Shown here: piece after piece, positions 1 to 8,438 of the stretch
Position numbering within the stretch: the first letter of the stretch is position 1
Layout of the letters: each line of letters opens with the position of its first letter
IMG/VR virus record: IMGVR_UViG_3300036820_000013
Location: 15,081-79,080 of that record
Origin: a virus
DNA: 64,000 bases
Strand: one strand, 5' to 3'
Notes under the pieces: model-generated
Databases searched by the model: none
What the model was told of the DNA's origin: nothing
The model's input: the letters and a program-made list of their open reading frames with translations, nothing else
Program-made: the position numbers and the translations under genes

Positions 1-198
1 GCATGCCAACCGAGCCGTTCAATCTATACTACGCCTTCAATGTCTGGCCTGCGGCCTGTGCGCACTGTGGGATGGCGCCGACGGTTATGCGCCATGTCTG
101 TGAGATGGCTGTAGTCGACTGGGTATGGGCTATTGACTATAGCAGGCGCTATACCATCGGTACGCTAGCCGGTATAGAGGTGCTGGTAGACCAGCTAC

Positions 199-453
199 GT
201 GCGATACAGAAGATGTGATACAGTGATTGTGCGTAAGCGTCGAAACATCGAAGAAGGTTGTCTAGAAGCGGTGGCTACCTACCAAGAGATCTACATAGAC
301 AACCCGCTACCAGACACTATAGTCGGGTACACCCTAGTCTTGGTATACGTTCTGCTGCACGGGCATCGAGTAGCCTACCCCTACTCCGCAGAGCTCTGTG
401 AGCGGGCCGAGATTACGTTTGCGCGGCACCTAACCCCTAAGGAGGCGGCCTAG
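199..453 (+). CDS. Hypothetical protein
   Basis: Short ORF whose stop overlaps the helicase start; start codon uncertain. Confidence 0.45.
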   Translation: MRYRRCDTVIVRKRRNIEEGCLEAVATYQEIYIDNPLPDTIVGYTLVLVYVLLHGHRVAYPYSAELCERAEITFARHLTPKEAA

Positions 454-1949
454 TGCCTCTATATCAGTTCCAGCAAGAGCTGGTCGATAAGCTCGGTAAT
501 CCAAACCTCCCAGGTCGTCTTATTGCGGACGAAATGGGCTGCGGTAAAACGTATGAAGGCATTGCTATTGAGAAGCGGCTCCGGGACGCTCATACCGGAG
601 CTAAGCTCCGTACACTGATCGTTGCTCCTTGGTCCGTGCACATAATGTGGCAGAGGAAGCTCATTGAGTTGCTCGGTGTAGCGCCTCGCGACATTGTCGT
701 CATCGATCGTAAGCACCGAGCGGCATTTCTCCGCTCGGCGCGCATTGGTCAAGCTAAGTATTACATTATCCATTACGAGGCCTTGCGTATCAAGGATATG
801 GAGCCATTGCAGCGCATTCAATGGTTCCATATTATCGCGGACGAGATCCATCGCGTCAAGTCACCTCATGCTCTGCAGACTAAGGCGTTCAAGCGCCTTA
901 GGACGCAGTTCAAGACAGGCATGTCCGGCTCGATGGCTGATGACAAGCCGCAAGATTTCTGGAGCCCATTGCACTGGGTCCGACCTGATTTGTTCCCAAA
1001 CGTGTCCACGAAGGACCCTACCAAGAAGTTCGTCCAGACCTACTGCGTAACTGAAGAGATTCAAGGCCGCGTACTAAAGGATGCTGACGGCGAGCCTAGG
1101 ATCGATCCCGAGACAGGCGAAGAGCTGCATCAGATCCACCACAAGGTCGTCGGCATGAAGCAGGAACGACTAGCAGAGTTCCATCAGCTGATCGCGCCGT
1201 TCTATATGCGTCGGTTGAAGGAAGATGTTCTGGACCTTCCTCCCAAGTACTTCACGCCCATCAACGTTAAATTGCACCCTAGTCAGAAGAAGGTCTATGG
1301 CCAGCTCAAACGAGAGTTCATGGCTTGGATTGGTGAGCATGAGGATGAGCAACTCTCAGTACCGACAGTCCTAGGCCGACTAGTACGTCTGCAACAAGCC
1401 GCGTTGGCATCCTTGATGTTCTACGACACAGGCAAGGTCGACCCTCGCACTAAAGAGCCAATCCTGAAAGTGAAGCTCCGCGAGCCGTCAGCCAAACTGG
1501 ACGCCTTTATGGATTGGGCAGCAGACATCAAAGGACCCGTGGTAGTGTTCAGCCAAAGCCGCGGCATGATCGATCTAGCTGCGGCGCGGCTCGATGCGGC
1601 TGGAGCGCGCATCGGTGTCTACACAGGTTCGACGCCTGACAAGATGCGGCAGCCGATTATCGACAACTTTCAGGCAGGCAAACTTGACTTCTTCCTGGGG
1701 ACTATCAAGGCTGGCGGAGAAGGCATCACGCTGACAACCTCTAGCACCATGGCCTTCTTCGATAGGGCATGGGGGCCATTCAGGAACAAGCAAGCTGAAG
1801 ACCGCGAGCATCGTGAGGGTCAGAAGAACGCTGTCCAGATCGTGGACTTCTTCGCTCCGGGCACGGTTGATGCAAAGGTACGCAATACAAACATCGTCAA
1901 ATGGTCGCACCTGAAGGCGATCTTGGGTGACAACAGAGAGGAAGCGTAG
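453..1949 (+). CDS. SNF2-family (SF2) DNA helicase
   Basis: Motifs ADEMGCGKT (Walker A), IADEIH (DExH), GMSGS, GGEGITLT, QAEDREHREGQ; RBS aaggagg upstream. Confidence 0.92.
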   Translation: MPLYQFQQELVDKLGNPNLPGRLIADEMGCGKTYEGIAIEKRLRDAHTGAKLRTLIVAPWSVHIMWQRKLIELLGVAPRDIVVIDRKHRAAFLRSARIGQAKYYIIHYEALRIKDMEPLQRIQWFHIIADEIHRVKSPHALQTKAFKRLRTQFKTGMSGSMADDKPQDFWSPLHWVRPDLFPNVSTKDPTKKFVQTYCVTEEIQGRVLKDADGEPRIDPETGEELHQIHHKVVGMKQERLAEFHQLIAPFYMRRLKEDVLDLPPKYFTPINVKLHPSQKKVYGQLKREFMAWIGEHEDEQLSVPTVLGRLVRLQQAALASLMFYDTGKVDPRTKEPILKVKLREPSAKLDAFMDWAADIKGPVVVFSQSRGMIDLAAARLDAAGARIGVYTGSTPDKMRQPIIDNFQAGKLDFFLGTIKAGGEGITLTTSSTMAFFDRAWGPFRNKQAEDREHREGQKNAVQIVDFFAPGTVDAKVRNTNIVKWSHLKAILGDNREEA

Positions 1950-2353
1950 TGGAGCATCTCAGGGACCGAATTCTAGCTATGGTCGACAAAGAGTTGCCGA
2001 AGTACTCGCTGGGCCTAGAAGTACTAGGTGCGGATGTCGTCTGGGGGAACTGGCAGGTCGCCACACCTCAAGGCCAGGCTAACATCGCGTCGTTCGCAAT
2101 CGTCACGGCAGTGCGAGCGGCAGGCTCGGGAGGCGAGGTTCTGCTCGGGAACATACCTCCGATCACTAATTCGCACGTCCTAAGCGGTCCTTGGCCTAGC
2201 GAGGCTGAGGTCCGAGCAGGCCTCACAGCCACCTGCGATGCCCTCCGCGCATTCATAACGCAACAGCGTGCGCCGCAGAACGGTCAGGGTATCCCGCGTG
2301 GCCCGATTGCGGACATCATGCGGCGGGGCATCAGGGACAACCCGCAAGCATAA
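1949..2353 (+). CDS. Hypothetical protein
   Basis: Coupled to the helicase stop, RBS gagga. Confidence 0.65.
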   Translation: MEHLRDRILAMVDKELPKYSLGLEVLGADVVWGNWQVATPQGQANIASFAIVTAVRAAGSGGEVLLGNIPPITNSHVLSGPWPSEAEVRAGLTATCDALRAFITQQRAPQNGQGIPRGPIADIMRRGIRDNPQA

Positions 2354-2379
2354 AAATCTCATCGCGAGGGCCTCTGGAG

Positions 2380-2410
2380 TTCCCTTAAGGCCTCGTGATA
2401 TAATTAAAAT
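2380..2410 (+). promoter_or_regulatory. Phage promoter (extended -10 TGnTATAAT followed by TA)
   Basis: gTGaTATAATtaaaat with -10 at 2399-2404 in an AT-rich intergenic gap; resembles the other TATAATTA promoters. Confidence 0.6.
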
Positions 2411-2641
2411 AACAACAAGCCTCAAGCGAAGGCCAGGTAATGGGGCGGCACTACACAACTAAGCATCCGGACAGGGCCATGTCGAAGTACCCGCTTCGGC
2501 TTCAGAAGCGCGGCCTAGCGAAAGCACCCACGATGTCGTCGCTTGAGAGCTTGCGAAAGCGTCAAGCAAGTCGCGCCGCGCCTCAAGACCTACCGTCAGC
2601 GCGATACGCCGGCTGGGACATCGACGAGGAGGAAGCCCAGC

Positions 2642-2917
2642 ATGAAGCCCGTCGAGTGCAAAAAGTGTCAAGAGAAGATCACGCAACTACCAACCGGAAC
2701 GTGGATCGACGGCCTCGGAGTCGTGTTCTGCCTAAGACAGCCTAACGGAACTCCATTGGAAGAGTTCGGGCTGCATGAACCGATCATCGACCCCGAATGG
2801 GCTGATCGCATCCGCTCCCTCGCCAAGTACAGCCCATCGCACTGGACCCCGGGCGAGATCGCCAAGCTAATGCAACTGGCCGAAACCCAGGTCAAGAATA
2901 TCCTCGAGGACACATGA
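2642..2917 (+). CDS. Small Cys-containing protein with possible C-terminal HTH
   Basis: RBS gaggagg before ATG 2642; CKKC motif; C-terminal WTPGEIAKLMQLAETQVKNIL looks HTH-like. Confidence 0.55.
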   Translation: MKPVECKKCQEKITQLPTGTWIDGLGVVFCLRQPNGTPLEEFGLHEPIIDPEWADRIRSLAKYSPSHWTPGEIAKLMQLAETQVKNILEDT

Positions 2918-3696
2918 CTGAGACGCTCCTGGTCAATGAAATCTTTGGGCCCACTATTCAGGGCGAAGGACCCGCAACCGGACGCAAGTGCGCCTTCGTT
3001 CGACTAGCGATCTGCCCGCTTCGTTGTCGCTGGTGCGATACCGCCTACACTTGGGCGTTCACGCCCTCGCTCGCGCTGAGGCACCAGAGTCATATCACGT
3101 ATGACGGGGCAGAAGAAGTGCACAAGATGTCGATTGAGGACATCGTTAAGCACACGCTACACGCGCTAAAAGGCTCGCAGTTGGTCATCCTATCAGGTGG
3201 TGAGCCACTAGCTCAGGTCCCGCCAAGTATGCAGCGTCCTGATGCGGTCACCACCGATAATGCCGACCCTGTGGCGATGCTAATCAAGGAACTCTACATA
3301 CATGGAGTCCTGACACATATCGAGACCGCGGGAGTTCGGCTACCCAGTCCTTATCTACACCAATACGTTAACCGCTACGTCGTGTCCCCGAAGCTAGTCA
3401 CTAGTGGCAATAGCCTAGAGGCGCGCCGAAAGCTTGACGTCCTGGAGTTCTTCGCTCAGACCGCCAAGGCTGACTTCAAGTTCGTTATTACCACGCCTGC
3501 AGACTTCAGTGAAGTCGCCCTGATCGAGAACCTATGTCGCATCCCTCAGGAACGCATCTGGGTGATGCCGGAAGGGACTACGGCAGAAGCGATTCAGCGC
3601 AAACTGCCGATGGTAGCTGAAGGCGCGCTCAAGCATGGCTATAACGTCTCGACCCGACTTCATGTTCACATCTGGGGCGACGAGAGGAAGCGCTAA
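2914..3696 (+). CDS. queE: 7-carboxy-7-deazaguanine synthase (radical SAM)
   Basis: NEIFGPTIQGEG, FVRL, CPLRCRWCDT (CxxxCxxC), LSGGEP, IETAG, VVSPK, DFKFVI, STRLHVHIWG. Confidence 0.95.
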   Translation: MTETLLVNEIFGPTIQGEGPATGRKCAFVRLAICPLRCRWCDTAYTWAFTPSLALRHQSHITYDGAEEVHKMSIEDIVKHTLHALKGSQLVILSGGEPLAQVPPSMQRPDAVTTDNADPVAMLIKELYIHGVLTHIETAGVRLPSPYLHQYVNRYVVSPKLVTSGNSLEARRKLDVLEFFAQTAKADFKFVITTPADFSEVALIENLCRIPQERIWVMPEGTTAEAIQRKLPMVAEGALKHGYNVSTRLHVHIWGDERKR

Positions 3697-3800
3697 TGGA
3701 AAAGCCTCTAGCGGTAGCGGTCCTGATCATTGTCGTTGCCATCATAGCGCTCGGCCTCGCGACCTGGCTTCTCACCGCATTCCAACCTTAGGAGCGGCTC

Positions 3801-4043
3801 ATGATTATCAGCCTGCAGATCCCAGATGAAGACTCAGACCTCATGATCGCGCTCAAGGATGTATTGCCTTTTGTGGCTCGATGTATTCGAGCAGAGGCGC
3901 TCCTAAGCCAAATGACGCGCAGTGAGATGCTCCGTCTAACTAGTAGTCAGGCAAGCCTACAAGGAGTCCAAGAGCTCCAACGTGCTGTCGGCGAGCTACT
4001 GAACCCGAAACGCGAGATCAGGATCGACCCAGATGTCCTATAG
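3801..4043 (+). CDS. Hypothetical protein
   Basis: RBS aggag; overlaps the next gene. Confidence 0.55.
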   Translation: MIISLQIPDEDSDLMIALKDVLPFVARCIRAEALLSQMTRSEMLRLTSSQASLQGVQELQRAVGELLNPKREIRIDPDVL

Positions 4044-4350
4044 TTCCAAAGAACTGCAAAATCAGGCAGGTATCACTGGCCGTCAGATGGATCATTGGTA
4101 CCGGCATGGCTGGCTGGTCTCCTTCGAACGCCATTCAGATGACGGCTCTGGGACGCCGATTGAATGGCCCGAAAGGACCCTGCGCAAGGCTATCCTAATG
4201 GGCATCCTGATCGGCTCCGGCTTCACTCCGATACGCGCTCACGATCTGGCTGAGCGCTACCTGAATCGTCCGACGTTGACCGATCCATTTACAGCCCTCG
4301 CAGGTGTCGGAGTGCAAGTCACGATATCGCTTCGGGAGAGCCTCATATGA
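4033..4350 (+). CDS. MerR-like HTH DNA-binding protein
   Basis: YSSKELQNQAGITGRQMDHWYRHGWL...GSG matches the MerR/excisionase-type winged HTH pattern. Confidence 0.7.
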   Translation: MSYSSKELQNQAGITGRQMDHWYRHGWLVSFERHSDDGSGTPIEWPERTLRKAILMGILIGSGFTPIRAHDLAERYLNRPTLTDPFTALAGVGVQVTISLRESLI

Positions 4351-4532
4351 TCTGCGAGCCTTGCCGCCGCGCTGGCGACATTCTTTCCTCAGTAGAAGAT
4401 CCCGACCCTTTCGATGAGAGCAACATGATCGCGCTACATCGGCGATGCAAGGGCGGAACCTTTTGCGACTGCCAACATAGCATTAACCCCAACATGCTCA
4501 ACCAAGAACGGATCAAGAAAAATGACGGCTAA
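4347..4532 (+). CDS. Small Cys/His-rich protein
   Basis: CEPC...HRRC...CDCQH; translationally coupled on both sides. Confidence 0.6.
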   Translation: MICEPCRRAGDILSSVEDPDPFDESNMIALHRRCKGGTFCDCQHSINPNMLNQERIKKNDG

Positions 4533-5064
4533 AGCGCCCCCAGTCGGCATCAACCTCACTGACGTACCATTCCCAGCAGCCATAGGCGTCTGGGGCGTCT
4601 GTCCTGGCGACGGCATGATCGCAGCAGTCATCCGTCACGCCACCGAGAGCTGGGCAGGCCATGCCGTGATGTACGTAGGCGGCGGGCAGATCGTGGAGGC
4701 TACCTGGCCGAAGGTCGAGATATCGATGGCCCCGACGCAGAACATCATCTGGGCTACCGGTCAGCCGCTCAATGCAGGCGAGCAGCTACTCGCCTCCAAC
4801 AAGGCACGCTCGCTCGTAGGTACTCAGTACGACATCTGGGTCTATCCATTCCTCGCCGCTGCGGTCTTCGACGCTGCGCTCACCAAGGACGTCTCGCACT
4901 TGTTCAACAACGACCGCTGGTGGGACTGCTCCGGTCTTATCGAAGAGTGCGACGTGGTGGCCAACGCTCCGATGTTCCCAGGCAGCTCAGGAAGCGCGCA
5001 CTTCGTTACGCCAGCCATGCTCATGACTCTTGGCGCTCAAGAGGGCTGGTTCACAGGACAGTAA
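4522..5064 (+). CDS. Permuted papain-like NlpC/P60 (YaeF/YiiX-like) amidase/peptidase
   Basis: His before Cys: GHAVMYVGGGQIVEA ... GTQYD ... WDCSGLI ... VTP. Confidence 0.8.
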   Translation: MTAKAPPVGINLTDVPFPAAIGVWGVCPGDGMIAAVIRHATESWAGHAVMYVGGGQIVEATWPKVEISMAPTQNIIWATGQPLNAGEQLLASNKARSLVGTQYDIWVYPFLAAAVFDAALTKDVSHLFNNDRWWDCSGLIEECDVVANAPMFPGSSGSAHFVTPAMLMTLGAQEGWFTGQ

Positions 5065-5090
5065 AGCGGCACTACTAGAAAGGCAAGCCC

Positions 5091-5879
5091 ATGGCAATGT
5101 ATCGCAGGAAGGCCCCCACCGTACAAGCCCATCAGTCACTGCTGAGCAACTGGCTCGTCTGGGAGGGCGGTGTAGAGACCGTTTACGACGACCATACCTT
5201 CAAGGCGCTGTTCGAGCCAGTCGAGCTAGGAATGAACGTAGTCAAGAAGCCTGACTGCGACGTCTTCGGCTTCGACTACAGCTGGTGTCACGAAGAGGTA
5301 GACCGTGCTCTCATCAACGAGCTGCTCGGTCTCGAGGCGATCTCGATCGACAACGCTATCGATGGACAGTCCTGGATGTTCAAGCCGTACCCTCTGAGCA
5401 TCTACGGCAAGCTCCTAGACGCCGTCGTCAAGGACATGCGCTCCCGCGAGGAAGGGCTCGCGACCTTCACGGCAGACGCACCTACGCTCCTCGAGGTTGG
5501 CTGCGGCATCGGAACCAAGCTGGTAGCCGCGAACGAGATCTTCGGCTTCCGAACATGTGGCTTCGACTACAACGAGGAGTACGTAATAGCCGCCAACGAG
5601 CTGCTGCGTGCGCATCAGTGCGAGACGCGGGCGCTCGTCTACGACGCTAGAGATGCCGACTGTGTCGATCTCTACGAGACCAGCGATGTTATCTACATCA
5701 ACCGGCCCTTCGTCCATCTCGATCTAGAGACCAAACTGGAGCATATAATTCTGCACTCCATGCACTCAGGTGCGTACATCGTTATCGCTAACGGCGCAAC
5801 CGACGCTGCCCAGCTAGAACTGGGCTCCTGGTGCAAGGTCGCAGAGGACCAGCAAGCTGTAGTCCTGCGGAAGCCCTAG
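5091..5879 (+). CDS. Class I SAM-dependent methyltransferase
   Basis: LLEVGCGIG SAM-binding motif, GFDYN, DA, DVIYINRPF. Confidence 0.8.
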   Translation: MAMYRRKAPTVQAHQSLLSNWLVWEGGVETVYDDHTFKALFEPVELGMNVVKKPDCDVFGFDYSWCHEEVDRALINELLGLEAISIDNAIDGQSWMFKPYPLSIYGKLLDAVVKDMRSREEGLATFTADAPTLLEVGCGIGTKLVAANEIFGFRTCGFDYNEEYVIAANELLRAHQCETRALVYDARDADCVDLYETSDVIYINRPFVHLDLETKLEHIILHSMHSGAYIVIANGATDAAQLELGSWCKVAEDQQAVVLRKP

Positions 5880-5901
5880 GAGGGGCTGTGGTGATGCGCT
5901 A

Positions 5902-6108
5902 ATGCCGTCCCGTGAGCCTCGACTGAGCGGCATGGAGAAGGCTTATCAGGTCTGGGCTCGGAAGAACAACATCATGGACCAGGACCAGCAGAAGGCGAGC
6001 CGCATGATCTTTGAGGCGGCCTGGAACGCTCGCGGGAATGTTTGGGCGCATACAGTCGCCGTGATATTCTTCCTCGCGTTCCTTGCATACTTCGCGACTA
6101 TCCATTAG
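5902..6108 (+). CDS. Small membrane protein
   Basis: C-terminal hydrophobic helix VAVIFFLAFLAYF. Confidence 0.55.
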   Translation: MPSREPRLSGMEKAYQVWARKNNIMDQDQQKASRMIFEAAWNARGNVWAHTVAVIFFLAFLAYFATIH

Positions 6109-6130
6109 GAGTTCATAGGAAAGGAATTAC

Positions 6131-7240
6131 ATGAACAAGCTACTCAGTATCGGAGCCGCACTGGCCCTACTCACTGGAGCTGGCCTAGGCGTGAATGCTG
6201 CCGCATCAGCAAGTCCGGCCTGGACTGCCAGCTGTGCAGCGGGTGCATCGACTAGCGCCTCAGGCTGCGGGTCGTGGGATGCGGCACCATCCTCAGGGCA
6301 GGCTCCAGGGTTCCTCGCCGGTCAGCAGTCTCAACCCAACCTGATCGACGTCAATCAGGACGGCTGGTCAGGTAGTCAGGGAGCGCAGTCCATCTCTGCG
6401 TCTACCTATCAGAACTGGAGCGTTACTGCAACAGACACGCCCCCACAGGCGAACTCAGCCCAGATCCTCACCTACCCAGACACGAGCTTCAACTACTACC
6501 AGCTCAACGCGGCTCCGAACTATACGGACCCGCCTAGCGGATACGACCTGAACAATATCAGTTCTCTGACCAGCTCGTACAGCGAGACCATGCCGGCGAC
6601 CTCAGACAAGTACACGGCCGAGGCCGCCTACGACATCTGGTTGAACAACTGGGACACCGAGGTCATGGTGTGGACCGACGTTCACTATCAAGGCGTCGAC
6701 TGTGGCGGCCCAGGCTGGACGCCGGAGTGCAGCGGTGACACCCTGCTCGGCAACTATACCTACGACGGCCAGCAGTGGTCTCTATACGACAACGGCGGCG
6801 GCATCAACGGTTACTACATGTGGATTCCGGACAACGGGACAGCCCTAGATGCGGTCAGCCAGCCGAGCGGAACCGTCGACCTGAAGGACATGCTAGCTCA
6901 GACCGCCACCTCCGGCAAGTTCACGGCCGACTCTCCACTGACCTCAATCGACTACGGTTGGGAAATCGCTGACACGGGAGGCAAGCCACTTACCTTCACA
7001 ATGAACAGCCTCAGCGTGAGTATCAACGGCAGTACTACCCCACCGCCGGCACCCACGACCACGCCGACTACGCCTGCACCTACTACGCCGCCGCCAAGTA
7101 CTCCTCCCCCCACGCCTAGTTCGGCAACGATCTACGCCTGTGCCGCCAAGAGCGGTGCGATCAGCAAGCTCAACGATACAACGGCGCCTACATGCGCTAG
7201 CGGCTCCACACCCATCTCATGGTCCGCCCAGGAAGGCTAG
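6131..7240 (+). CDS. Secreted glycoside hydrolase family 12 (endoglucanase-like) with Pro/Thr linker and small C-terminal Cys domain
   Basis: Signal peptide MNKLLSIGAALALLTGAGLGVNAAASA; GH12 motifs NQDGW, TYP, EAAYDIW, EVMVW (nucleophile), YGWEI (acid/base); PT-rich linker; strong RBS aggaaaagga. Confidence 0.85.
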   Translation: MNKLLSIGAALALLTGAGLGVNAAASASPAWTASCAAGASTSASGCGSWDAAPSSGQAPGFLAGQQSQPNLIDVNQDGWSGSQGAQSISASTYQNWSVTATDTPPQANSAQILTYPDTSFNYYQLNAAPNYTDPPSGYDLNNISSLTSSYSETMPATSDKYTAEAAYDIWLNNWDTEVMVWTDVHYQGVDCGGPGWTPECSGDTLLGNYTYDGQQWSLYDNGGGINGYYMWIPDNGTALDAVSQPSGTVDLKDMLAQTATSGKFTADSPLTSIDYGWEIADTGGKPLTFTMNSLSVSINGSTTPPPAPTTTPTTPAPTTPPPSTPPPTPSSATIYACAAKSGAISKLNDTTAPTCASGSTPISWSAQEG

Positions 7241-7248
7241 ACTATCCA

Positions 7249-7464
7249 ATGAAGAGGCTCGCACTAGTAACCATCCAGTCCTACTGGCGCCTCGTACCAA
7301 TGCCCGTGCGCGACGTCCTGAGCGCAGGACAGGGCACCTCCGTTCCCACCTACCTGGCCATCGAGTCCGGGGAGGGAGGCCTAGGGCTCTTCCTGAAGGC
7401 CTCACTCCCGCTCAGGAAGCTAGGCAAGGCCTTCGGCGTTTACGACGGCCCGCACAACTGGTAG
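7249..7464 (+). CDS. Hypothetical protein, paralog of 8118-8438
   Basis: Shares YWRxVPxxVRDxxSAGxGxS...YLxIE with 8118-8438. Confidence 0.7.
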   Translation: MKRLALVTIQSYWRLVPMPVRDVLSAGQGTSVPTYLAIESGEGGLGLFLKASLPLRKLGKAFGVYDGPHNW

Positions 7465-7472
7465 CCCAAGTT

Positions 7473-7526
7473 CCTAGCCGGTTCTCTTTGGCGCCTCCGG
7501 CCGGCTAGGTGCGTGAGGAGGTGCTA
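7473..7526 (+). ncRNA. Candidate H-type RNA pseudoknot
   Basis: Stem 1 cctagccgg (7473-7481)/ccggctagg (7501-7509); loop tggcgcctcc (7489-7498) pairs with ggaggtgcta (7517-7526), 10 bp including G-U pairs. Confidence 0.45.
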
Positions 7527-7559
7527 GGGCCTCTCGGTGCAAGGTCGGCCGAGAGGCCC
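7527..7559 (+). terminator. GC-rich hairpin, probable intrinsic terminator
   Basis: Perfect 11-bp stem gggcctctcgg/ccgagaggccc just upstream of a new promoter. Confidence 0.65.
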
Positions 7560-7603
7560 GTCTAATCCAAGTAAATTTCAAGAGAAATCCAAGGTCAAAA
7601 CGC

Positions 7604-7640
7604 TTGCGTTCCTGAGCGCCTCCGCTATATAATTAAGTAT
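7604..7640 (+). promoter_or_regulatory. Sigma70-type promoter
   Basis: TTGCGT (7604-7609), 18-nt spacer, TATAAT (7628-7633), then TAAG. Confidence 0.7.
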
Positions 7641-7671
7641 ACAAAAGCAAGAACAAAGGCGACACAAAACG

Positions 7672-8121
7672 TTGAATGAAGAGCCAGAACCTGCGCCGTG
7701 CAGTTGCGCTATAGACTGCTTCCCAGCAACAACTTCCATAATTGGCTGCGCCGAGCATGGAATGCCGCAGAACCTTCAGGACACCGAGTTCCCAGGCTCG
7801 ACACCTAAGGTAGCGGCTCTGTTCATAGATCGAGCCCTAGGGCATAACCTAGTAGCTGTCGCACCCTTGTACTCTCACGAGCAAGTCGCTCACGCAATAC
7901 GACGAGGCGAGGAACTAGGCCTGCAATATCAGCAGACGACCACGATCTACTCACTGGCGGACTTGGAACGAGCGGAAGGCAGCCTCCCTCAGCAGCCTGA
8001 CTTCAGCCACGAGCCCGGCTGTATTTATTCCCACACTCGCCATCCCGGCAAGTGCTACATTCCTAGCGAGACTTACCTGCCCAGCCCTGGCGACACCCAT
8101 GACGGAGACCCTGCGTTATGA
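7672..8121 (+). CDS. Hypothetical protein
   Basis: First ORF after the promoter, coupled to the next gene; start uncertain. Confidence 0.5.
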   Translation: MNEEPEPAPCSCAIDCFPATTSIIGCAEHGMPQNLQDTEFPGSTPKVAALFIDRALGHNLVAVAPLYSHEQVAHAIRRGEELGLQYQQTTTIYSLADLERAEGSLPQQPDFSHEPGCIYSHTRHPGKCYIPSETYLPSPGDTHDGDPAL

Positions 8122-8438
8122 GAACAATCTGGACACGTACACTACCCCTAGCTGTCATTCGGCTCTACTGGCGGATCGTTCCGATCACGGTGCGCGACAT
8201 CATGAGCGCAGGTCATGGCAACTCACGCGAGGCATATCTGGTCATCGAGAATGATGGCGGCTGGAAGGCGTTCTGGTTCTACGCGATACCCCGCGTGCGT
8301 GAGTACAGGCGGATCAGCTGGGATGGCACTACGGCATGGATTGTCGGATACGACGGCGTGGCTGACCACCTCACTTGGCTGGGGGACCTGAACTCAGACA
8401 CGCATGGCGGCCCATTCGATTGGGAGCATTACAAGTAA
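8118..8438 (+). CDS. Hypothetical protein, paralog of 7249-7464
   Basis: Shared motif with 7249-7464; ATGA and TAATG coupling. Confidence 0.7.
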   Translation: MRTIWTRTLPLAVIRLYWRIVPITVRDIMSAGHGNSREAYLVIENDGGWKAFWFYAIPRVREYRRISWDGTTAWIVGYDGVADHLTWLGDLNSDTHGGPFDWEHYK

